64,000 nucleotides of DNA, taken from contig CAVXIC010000031.1 of NCBI GenBank assembly GCA_963761755.1, forward strand, positions 154,776 to 218,775, given 5' to 3'. Shown here piece by piece: positions 57,080-64,000 of this stretch. Position 1 is the first letter of the stretch; each line of letters opens with the position of its first letter. The notes below the pieces were generated by a model. It worked only from the letters and a program-made list of their open reading frames with translations, was not told the DNA's origin and did no database searches. The DNA is from an uncultured bacterium (lineage in GTDB: Bacteria > Myxococcota_A > Polyangia > Nannocystales > Nannocystaceae). The position numbers and the translations under genes are program-made.

Positions 57080-57727
57080 ATGCTCCACATGTCCTCATTC
57101 GGCGGGTTTGACCGCACAGCGAGCCGTCCGGTACGTTGGAGCGTGTCTGGCGGCGGTGGTTCGGGTCCTCCCGACTTTCCTTCCCTCGACGACCGGGCCT
57201 TGGTCGCCGAAGCCGCGCGCGGAGAGGTGAAGGCGTTCGCCGCCCTCTACGATCGGTTCGCCGGCATCATGCTCGCGACCGCCAAGCGCATGCTCGCCGA
57301 CCGCGGTGGCGCCGAGGACCTCGTTCACGACGTGTTCATGGAGGTCTGGCGCAACTGCGACAACTACGACCCCAAGCGCGCGACCGTCCGCACCTGGATC
57401 CTCGTGCGCCTGCGGTCGCGCGCCGTCGACCGTCTTCGCTCCGCGGTCGTGCGGCGCGAGATCACCACCGACGACGTCGCGCCCAACGAGGCGGCGCCGG
57501 TCTGCGAGGACCCGTCTTTGGCCCCCGACCGCGCGGCGGTCCGGGCCGCCTTGGCCCAGCTGCCGTCCGAGCAGCGCATGGTCCTCGAGCTGAGCTACTT
57601 TCAAGGGCTGTCCTCGTCGGAGATCGCCGAGCGCATGGGGTCTCCTCTGGGGACGGTCAAGTCTCGAACCGCGGCTGGGCTCGCGAAGATTCGCGGTGTC
57701 ATGCAGGTGGAAGGAGTCGGCCAGTGA
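57080..57727 (+). CDS. ECF (sigma-70 group IV) RNA polymerase sigma factor
   Basis: Region 2 reads ..DLVHDVFMEVWRN..YDP... Region 4 reads LPSEQRMVLELSYFQGLSSSEIAERMG.PLGTVKSR. Confidence 0.85.
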   Translation: MLHMSSFGGFDRTASRPVRWSVSGGGGSGPPDFPSLDDRALVAEAARGEVKAFAALYDRFAGIMLATAKRMLADRGGAEDLVHDVFMEVWRNCDNYDPKRATVRTWILVRLRSRAVDRLRSAVVRREITTDDVAPNEAAPVCEDPSLAPDRAAVRAALAQLPSEQRMVLELSYFQGLSSSEIAERMGSPLGTVKSRTAAGLAKIRGVMQVEGVGQ

Positions 57728-58290
57728 GCGACAAAGACGCATTTGATCCGTCGGTGCTCGACGCGCTGGTGCTCGGCCTCGAACCGGAGCAACCCGGCGC
57801 CTCCTTGCGCGATCGCCTCTTCGGTGCCATCGCCACCAGCGGGCGCTTCCTGCCGTTCCTCGACCGCATGATGCGGATCTTCGACTTGCCCGAGGCGCAG
57901 GCGAAGTCCGAACTGGACACGATCGAGACGCCCAGCGCGTGGGACGACATGGCGCCCGGTGTTCGCTTCCGCGACTTCGAGGCCGGAGACGCGACCGGCG
58001 ACGCCCACGGCGGCCTGGTCCGGGTGGCACCTGGCCATGCCTTCCCTCGGCACAAGCACGTCGGCGAGGAGACCATGCTGATCCTTCAGGGGCGGCTGGT
58101 GGACGAGTCCGGCGCCGGGTACCGGGCTGGAGATACCCTCGTCAGCGCCGACGGAAGCTCGCACGAGCTACGGGTGATCGGGGACGAGGACGTCGTGTAC
58201 GCCGCGCTCGTGGTCGCCATCCAGGTCGACGCCGACCATGCGCGACGACGACGACTGGGACGACGACGAGGAACTCGAAGACTTCGACTA
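57724..58290 (+). CDS. ChrR-like anti-sigma factor (N-terminal anti-sigma region plus C-terminal cupin); 3' end uncertain, no in-frame stop before the convergent cytochrome gene
   Basis: GTGA overlap with the sigma gene. Cupin motif ..VRVAPGHAFPRHKHVGEETMLILQGRL..GDTLVSADGSSHEL. The frame stays open into antisense cytochrome sequence. A +1 shift gives an acidic tail MRDDDDWDDDEELEDFD ending at a TAG near 58289-58291. Confidence 0.55.
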
Positions 58291-58299
58291 GGCGGGCTC

Positions 58300-58371
58300 G
58301 AGTGGGCCTGCTGGCCTGCTGGCCTGCTGGCCTGCTGGCCTGCTGGCCTGCTGGCCTGCGGGCCCACTGGC
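58300..58371. repeat. 8-bp microsatellite (GCCTGCTG)x~6-7 flanked by inverted repeat AGTGGGCC/GGCCCACT, in the gap between convergent genes
   Basis: ggcctgctggcctgctgg... read directly from the sequence. Position is approximate, within about 10 nt. Confidence 0.6.
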
Positions 58372-59496
58372 CTACTGGAAGGTCCCGCTGCCGAAGTCGG
58401 CGCCGACCGGGACGCACCAGACGCTCACGCCGCCCAGCTCGTCGAGGGTCCGGCCTTCGGGGAGCTTCATCGTGAGCACTTCGCTGTTGTAGGGCAGGTC
58501 GCGGACGAGGTTCTCGCTGATCGAGAAGCCGTCTTCGTACATGCCTTCGAAGCCCGCGTAGATCTGTACGTCGATGCCCTGGCCATCGAAGTTGAAGTCG
58601 CGGATTTCGATGGTGCAGTTGTCGACGATCTCGGCCACGCCGCCGACGTCGTGAAAGAGCTCGACGAGCGTCGCGCTCTGACCGACCTTGGGATGGGTCG
58701 CGGCGCAGTCCGAGGGATCGTCGGGCATGTCGGGGTCTTCGGGGCCTTCGGGGTCTTCGGGGTCGGGCATGTCCGGTTCCTCGGGGTCCAGCTCGCTGGG
58801 ATCGAAGTTGCGCGACAGGTAGGCGACCACGTCGCGCAGCTCGGCGTCGCTGAGGCGATCCTCGGACCAAAACGGCATCACGCCGCCGGAGAGGCCGTCG
58901 TAGACCACGCTGCCGGGTCGTCCGCTGGTGCGAACCCGTCGGGCGACGTAGCTGGGCTCGAGCTCGCCGCTCCCCACCGCGATCGCCCGAAGGGTCCCCT
59001 CACCGTCTGGGCCGTGGCACGCGATGCAGCTGGCGTTGAACATCGTTCGGCCGGCCTCGGCGTCTCCACCGGCGAGGTTGGCGGGCGGCTGCACCACGCG
59101 GAAGCTGATGTCCTCTTCGGCGCCGCTCCCCGCGTCGACGAAGGCACGGAGTGCCAGCATGCGCTCGTCGTCGGCGTCCCACGGGTCGGCGTTCATCCAC
59201 TCGACCAAGCACGAGTTGGCGGCGTCTTCGAACGCGCCCAGCTGCCCGTTCTTGAAGGAGTCTCGCTTCGTGGCGCCTCCGAGCGGATGTCCAACCCGGC
59301 GCGGCGCCTCGGCGTCGTCCATCGCGTGGCAGGTGGCGCACGCGAAGGTGTTGCCGCCCTCGACGGGCCCGTCGTAGAGCGCCTGACCCATGGCGATGCG
59401 CTCGGGGTCGGCCTGGGTGCCGCCTCCGTCGTCGCAGGCTCCGGCCAACAGGGCAGCGGCCGCGGCCGCGCGAGACATCCAACTTCTGCAATCCAT
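58372..59496 (-). CDS. di-haem cytochrome c lipoprotein with a C-terminal DM13-like domain
   Basis: Two CxxCH sites (CATCHAMDD, CIACHGPDG). A Pro/Asp/Glu linker. The C-terminus ends ..GVSVWCVPVGADFGSGTF (DM13-like). Lipobox LLAGAC. An alternative start at 59478 is possible. Confidence 0.75.
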   Translation of the reverse strand: MDCRSWMSRAAAAAALLAGACDDGGGTQADPERIAMGQALYDGPVEGGNTFACATCHAMDDAEAPRRVGHPLGGATKRDSFKNGQLGAFEDAANSCLVEWMNADPWDADDERMLALRAFVDAGSGAEEDISFRVVQPPANLAGGDAEAGRTMFNASCIACHGPDGEGTLRAIAVGSGELEPSYVARRVRTSGRPGSVVYDGLSGGVMPFWSEDRLSDAELRDVVAYLSRNFDPSELDPEEPDMPDPEDPEGPEDPDMPDDPSDCAATHPKVGQSATLVELFHDVGGVAEIVDNCTIEIRDFNFDGQGIDVQIYAGFEGMYEDGFSISENLVRDLPYNSEVLTMKLPEGRTLDELGGVSVWCVPVGADFGSGTFQ

Positions 59497-59602
59497 ACGT
59501 TTCTCCGGCGCCGTCGAAGGGCTCGGCGGTGGATACGCGCTGTCGGCCACTCGGTTACACCCCACGCGACCGGCGAGCGGGGTACTCTCGGCGCGCATCG
59601 CG

Positions 59603-60463
59603 ATGACTCAGGTCGACCAGTTCGAGAGCGCCTTCCGGGCGGCCTCCAAGCCCGTGTTTCGACCCACTCCGGTGGAGCTGGAGCGGGTCTTGGTGGTCAC
59701 CGATCTTTCTCCGGTGGACGCCCAGGCGTACGGACAGCGCATCGAGGCGTTCTTGCGACACGCCGCCGGAGCCACCACCGCCCGCTACGAGACGATCGCC
59801 GGGGTCGAGGCGCGTACCACGGGGCAGCTGCTGCAGCTGGTCGAGGACGCCGCCCCGAGCTTGGTCTGTGCGTACCGCAACCTCTTCAGCGACGGGTGGC
59901 GGTGGCCGCACAGCCTCGGAGAGGCCCTGGACCTGCTCACCCAGACCTCCGAAGCGCCGGTGCTGGTGCTGCCACATCCGCAGGCCGAGCGCGAGGCCGA
60001 GCACGCGCTGCAGAACACCACCCACGTGATGGCCGTCGCCGACCACCTCGCCGGCGATGACCGACTCGTGAACTGGGCGGTCGCCATGACCCAGGACGGC
60101 GGGCGCCTCACCCTCAGCCACGTCGAGGACGAAGGCGTGTTCGAGCGGTACATGAGCGTCATCAGCAAGATCCCCTCGATCGACACCGAGCACGCCCGCG
60201 AGCGAATCGAGCAGCAGCTGCTGCGCGAGCCCGCGGACTACATCGCCTCGGTTCGAAGCGCGCTCGCGCAGGCCAAGACGCCCATCACGCTCGAGCAGGA
60301 GGTCCGCCTGGGCCGTCACCTCGCCGACTACCGAGAGCTCATCGCGGCGCGCGAGGTCGACATGCTGGTGCTCAACACCCGCGACGAAGAGCAGCTCGCC
60401 ATGCACGGGCTCGCCTATCCGATCGCCGTCGAGCTGCGGCACATCCCCCTGCTGATGCTGTGA
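59603..60463 (+). CDS. tandem universal stress protein (UspA) domain protein
   Basis: Two Usp modules (VLVVTDLS...VLVLPHP, and HVMAVADH...VDMLVLNTR..). Confidence 0.8.
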   Translation: MTQVDQFESAFRAASKPVFRPTPVELERVLVVTDLSPVDAQAYGQRIEAFLRHAAGATTARYETIAGVEARTTGQLLQLVEDAAPSLVCAYRNLFSDGWRWPHSLGEALDLLTQTSEAPVLVLPHPQAEREAEHALQNTTHVMAVADHLAGDDRLVNWAVAMTQDGGRLTLSHVEDEGVFERYMSVISKIPSIDTEHARERIEQQLLREPADYIASVRSALAQAKTPITLEQEVRLGRHLADYRELIAAREVDMLVLNTRDEEQLAMHGLAYPIAVELRHIPLLML

Positions 60464-61869
60464 ACGTCATGGACTCCACGCTCCTGCTCGCGCTGTCCGA
60501 AGGGCACCACGCGGTGTCGTCCTCGGTGACGATCCTGTTCTCGGCGCTGCTCGTGGCGCTCATCGTCTGCCTCGCGCTCGAGGAGAAGATTCACGCCAAG
60601 AAGTCGCTGATCGTCGGCGTGTTCGCCGTCATCGCGCTGTTCTTGGCGATGGTCTTCGAGATCGTCCCCGGGTCGGTCCCGGTCTCCGTCGGTGGCGAGA
60701 CGCTGACCCTGCCGATCTACATTCCCAGCATCGACTGGTCGGTCATCGCGATCATCCTCGGGTCGAGTCTGTTCGTCGACGTGACGTCCAAGTCGGGCCT
60801 GTTCACGTGGATCGCGATCAAGCTGACCAAGGCCTCCGGTGGGGACCCGCGCAAGCTGCTGTGGTTCTACGGCCTGATGACGGTGGTGTTCTCGGCCGTG
60901 CTCAACAACGTGACCGCCATGATCATCGTCGGCTCGCTGACGGGGGTCTCGCTGCGCAAGCTCGGCCGGGCCGAGATGATGCTGGGCTTCCTGCTGGTCG
61001 AGGGCCTGCTCACCAACATCGGTGGGCTGCTCACGCTCATCAGCTCGGTCCCGAACATCATCGTCGGCACGGCGGCGGGGATCAGCTTCGTGTCGTTCTT
61101 CGTGGCCGCGGCGCCCTACGTCGTCGTCGCCACGGCCGTGACGATCTGGATGGGGGCCAAGCTCTTCGCAATCCCCAGCCTCGGCTCGGAGCAGGAGCGG
61201 GAGGAGGCGCGAGAGCAGGTCGCCGGCTTCGACGAGAACGACGGCATCCAGAGCAAGGGTTTCTTCACCTTCGCCGCGGCGATGCTCGTGGCGTTCATCC
61301 TCGTGATCGCGACCACCTCGATCCTTCCCTACATTTCAGAGCTGGGGATGGGGTACGTGGCGATGACCTTCGCGGTCATCATGCTGCTTCGCTACAAGTC
61401 GCAGGTGGACCGCTACTACAAGGCGGTCGACTGGGATCTGCTGGGGTTCTTTGCCGCGCTCTTCGTGGTGATCGGCGTGATGGAGCACGCGCAGGTCTTG
61501 GCGCTGATCGGCGGGGGGCTCGAGGTGATCATCGGTTGGGGAGACGTGCTGGGCACCGGGGCGATCTTGGTCGCCTCGGCGATGGCCAGCTCGGTGACCG
61601 ACAACATTCCGCTCGCCGCGATGCTGGCCAAGATCCTGGGGGCGCTGGGCACCCCCTCCGACTCGTCGCTGTGGTGGTCGGTGGTCTTCGGCGCCAACCT
61701 CGGCGGCAACCTGACCCCCATCGGATCCGCCTCCACGCTGGTCGCGGTCACGATCATGCACAAGAACGACCTGAAGGTGTCCTTCGGAGGTTTCGTCGCC
61801 AAGGCCGTCCCCTACGCGACGGTGCAGCTGGTCCTCGCGGTGGCCTACGTGCTGCTGTTCCTGGGCTGA
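60460..61869 (+). CDS. ArsB/NhaD-superfamily anion/cation permease
   Basis: About 12 TM helices, with an internal repeat that looks like the CitMHS/ArsB-NhaD family. The GTG start overlaps the usp stop (GTGA); the ATG 9 nt downstream is an alternative. Confidence 0.85.
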   Translation: MNVMDSTLLLALSEGHHAVSSSVTILFSALLVALIVCLALEEKIHAKKSLIVGVFAVIALFLAMVFEIVPGSVPVSVGGETLTLPIYIPSIDWSVIAIILGSSLFVDVTSKSGLFTWIAIKLTKASGGDPRKLLWFYGLMTVVFSAVLNNVTAMIIVGSLTGVSLRKLGRAEMMLGFLLVEGLLTNIGGLLTLISSVPNIIVGTAAGISFVSFFVAAAPYVVVATAVTIWMGAKLFAIPSLGSEQEREEAREQVAGFDENDGIQSKGFFTFAAAMLVAFILVIATTSILPYISELGMGYVAMTFAVIMLLRYKSQVDRYYKAVDWDLLGFFAALFVVIGVMEHAQVLALIGGGLEVIIGWGDVLGTGAILVASAMASSVTDNIPLAAMLAKILGALGTPSDSSLWWSVVFGANLGGNLTPIGSASTLVAVTIMHKNDLKVSFGGFVAKAVPYATVQLVLAVAYVLLFLG

Positions 61870-62338
61870 TCGCGACACCCACGTCGCTTTGCGCCGGGAA
61901 TCCGCGACATGCCTGTCCTGCCCCGGGCAGGGGCGCCCCGTGCAACCGCGCGACGTGGCGTCCTCGAGCAACTTGGCATCGTCGCTGCATTGAAGTCGTA
62001 TCGAACGCGAGAGTGCGTTCGCGGCGAGGCCAATCCCCACTCCGGGGGCGGTTTCGGGACGCTCGGTCGGCCCCGTGGGGGCGCGTGGGTCGACGAGGGG
62101 CTTCGCCGGTGCGGGGGCCCGGGCAAGAATCGCGGTGCGATTCCTGCCCGGGCTTTCGGGCCTGAAATCGCGCGGACCATCAGGGCGCTCCGCCCGCAGG
62201 TTTCGGTGCGCCCGGCGCATCGCGGCTCGGGGCCCGTATGTGGCCCACGCCACGCGAGCAGTCCCAAGAGGGTGGTCGCCGGGGCTCGAATGCGGCAACA
62301 TAGAGGGCGTGGTGGGTTCGCTTCAAACGCTGTGGCTG

Positions 62339-63244
62339 ATGTTGGCGTATGCGCCGGTCGCCCCCGCGCCCCCGCCCGCGACGCCACAAGATTCGGCTCC
62401 CGTGGTCGCACCGGCACCCGCACCGGAGAGTGAGGACAAGGAGACCGTCGCACCGGCGGCTGCTCCGGCTCCGGCGGCTGCCCCGGCACCCGCACCTGCA
62501 CAGGACGCCGCGCCTGCCGTCGTCGCCGACCCTGCGGACGTGCCCGAAGACTCCCCGTCGCTGGATCTTGCGACGCCCGAACCACCTGAGCCGTCGCCAG
62601 CCGAGGCCACGCCGCACACGGTCACGCTCATCCACCGGCGCGCCGTCTCCTCGACCCGCTACGAGCCCGAGCCCACCCCCGACTCGTTCGAGGACTACTT
62701 CGTCTCCGGGTACGGCGGCATCACCACCCGGGGCTCCGCCGTCGCGGGGAAGATGGGCGTGCTGCGAGGCTTTCACGGCGGCGTGCTGCTCGGCGAACGC
62801 CTCTCGATCGGCGTCGGGTACCACCGCCTCAAGCGGCGCTTCGGTGCGCCCATCCTCGACGCAGCCGATCGGCCGATGGGGCTCGAGATGGCCTACGGCG
62901 GCATCGAAATCGGCGCGACGGTCCTTCGGCGCGGACGCTTCGAGCTCGGCGTGCAGACGCTCTTCGGCGGCGGCGCGGCCTGCATCACCTACGACGTCAA
63001 TGGACGCAGCAGGGTCGCGGAGTGCGTGGAGTCGGTCCGCATGATGGTGCTCGAGCCCAGCGCGATCTCCCACATCGTGGTGACGGACTGGATGCGTCTG
63101 GGCGTCGAAGCCGGCTACCGCGGGGTCGCGCGATCGCAGTGGAGGCCGCCGTCGGACTTCGACCTCGGGGGCGGGTACTTCGGACTCAACCTCGACTTCG
63201 GATGGTTCGCCCGTCCGGACCAGGTCAAGCGCGGTCGCCGCTAG
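62339..63244 (+). CDS. hypothetical protein with a Pro/Ala-rich N-terminus and a beta-rich C-terminal half (possibly an OM beta-barrel; ends ..FGWFARPDQ)
   Basis: Start chosen at MLAYAPVAPAPP. Low confidence. The overlapping minus-strand ORF 62180..63922 is judged spurious. Confidence 0.4.
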   Translation: MLAYAPVAPAPPPATPQDSAPVVAPAPAPESEDKETVAPAAAPAPAAAPAPAPAQDAAPAVVADPADVPEDSPSLDLATPEPPEPSPAEATPHTVTLIHRRAVSSTRYEPEPTPDSFEDYFVSGYGGITTRGSAVAGKMGVLRGFHGGVLLGERLSIGVGYHRLKRRFGAPILDAADRPMGLEMAYGGIEIGATVLRRGRFELGVQTLFGGGAACITYDVNGRSRVAECVESVRMMVLEPSAISHIVVTDWMRLGVEAGYRGVARSQWRPPSDFDLGGGYFGLNLDFGWFARPDQVKRGRR

Positions 63245-63349
63245 CTTCCCCGGTTCCTGCTGGCTTCCGCTAGCGCCCGCTAGCGCCCGGCAGTTCCCGC
63301 GGATTCGACCGCCCACGGCCGCCGCTTCGGGCTGGTAGGCTCGGCCGCG

Positions 63350-64000
63350 ATGGACACGCTGCCGATCACCCAGCGCCACTCGAAAGCGCTCTCCTCGAGC
63401 GGAACTCGCCCCAGCGGAGCACCCCAGTGGGTCGATGCCATCGACAACCCGTACCTGCAGGGCCTCTTCGCGCCGGTCACGACCGAGGTCGAAGCGAGGG
63501 ACCTGCCGGTACGAGGCGAGCTGCCCCGCGATCTGTGGGGGGGCTACTTTCGCAACGGTCCCAACAGCGTGTTCGCCCCGACCAATCGCTACCACTGGTT
63601 CGACGGCGACGGCATGGTGCACGGCATCTGGTTCGAGGATGGCAAAGCTCGCTACGCCAACCGCTTCGTGCGAACCGAAGGCATGGCTCTGGAAGCCGAG
63701 GCGTCCGGGGCGATCTGGCCGGGCGTGTTGGGGCCCTTCGACTTCTCGAAGCCGCTGGGACCGATCAAGGACACCGCCAACACCGACATCCTCGAGGTCG
63801 ACGGCCGGCTGCTCGCGCTGTGGTACGAGAGCGGCAAGCCGTACGCGCTGGACCTCGAGACGCTGCAGACGCAGGGCGTGGAGGACTTCGGAGGGCGGCT
63901 GGGCTTCCCGCTCTCGGCCCACTCCAAGACCGACCCCAGCACTGGGGACTTCATCTTCTTCAGCTACGGAGACCGTCCCCCGTACATGCGCTACGGCGTC
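63350..64000 (+). CDS. carotenoid cleavage oxygenase (RPE65 family), N-terminal part; continues past the window end
   Basis: Family motifs ..GNYFRNGPN...HWFDGDGMVHG... Confidence 0.85.
   Translation, partial: MDTLPITQRHSKALSSSGTRPSGAPQWVDAIDNPYLQGLFAPVTTEVEARDLPVRGELPRDLWGGYFRNGPNSVFAPTNRYHWFDGDGMVHGIWFEDGKARYANRFVRTEGMALEAEASGAIWPGVLGPFDFSKPLGPIKDTANTDILEVDGRLLALWYESGKPYALDLETLQTQGVEDFGGRLGFPLSAHSKTDPSTGDFIFFSYGDRPPYMRYGV

Noticed and set aside
58300-58371. Possible coding tandem repeat, or the WACWPAGLLACWPAG ORF
   Set aside because: The unit is 8 bp, which does not preserve the frame. It lies between two convergent stops, so it is an intergenic microsatellite.
57136-60060. 974-aa plus-strand ORF
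   Set aside because: It contains the genuine ChrR-like anti-sigma (57724 onward). The rest runs antisense through the well-supported cytochrome c gene. It is an open frame by chance, or extended by a missed frameshift.
61870-62338. 469-bp gap and ORF 61909..62433; searched for tRNA, riboswitch or small gene
   Set aside because: There is no tRNA-like cloverleaf or conserved riboswitch core. The ORF product is Arg/Gly-rich junk. The region is treated as a long 5' UTR or promoter region.
62180-63922. 580-aa minus-strand ORF
   Set aside because: It overlaps both the plus-strand hypothetical gene and the clearly real carotenoid-oxygenase 5' end (FDGDGMVHG). Its product is Arg/Gly-rich and has no motifs.

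Overview
This 64-kb window is high-GC (about 70%) and densely coding, with a gene content typical of a myxobacterial or other deltaproteobacterial chromosome. I found no rRNA, tRNA, CRISPR array, transposase or integrase. About 50 protein-coding genes can be supported, and many encode lipoproteins or secreted proteins with lipobox or Tat signals. Clearly recognisable products include the 3' end of a cytochrome P450, a giant Ca-binding protein built from thrombospondin type-3 repeats, a PP2C phosphatase, endonuclease III and an FHA-domain protein. There is also a HAD-UbiA fusion beside a Nudix hydrolase, RraA, and a Ser/Thr kinase with TPR repeats divergent from a LytS/LytTR two-component pair. 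The right-hand end carries TypA/BipA, a Tat-exported molybdo-hydroxylase, an ECF sigma/ChrR-like pair, a di-haem cytochrome c with a DM13-like domain, tandem UspA, an ArsB/NhaD permease and the 5' end of a carotenoid oxygenase. The strongest candidate for an undescribed system is a same-strand trio at 29982-38567: a YqiJ/NfeD-like membrane protein, a 714-aa flotillin, and a 1783-aa coiled-coil protein ending in a MoxR-like AAA+ ATPase module. Other accessory-looking loci are a tightly packed four-gene secreted cluster (lipoprotein, DUF1501, PSD1-like CxxCH protein, secreted protein), a pair of divergent paralogous lipoproteins, and an operon of Zn-metalloprotease lipoprotein, CBS pair and patatin. 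Structural oddities include REP-like hairpin repeats between convergent genes, an 8-bp microsatellite, several in-frame 12-nt coding tandem repeats, and at least four apparent frameshifts at G/C runs. These frameshifts may be sequencing artefacts. All coordinates are derived from the supplied ORF track; my direct base indexing occasionally disagreed by 1-8 nt, so repeat and motif positions are approximate.
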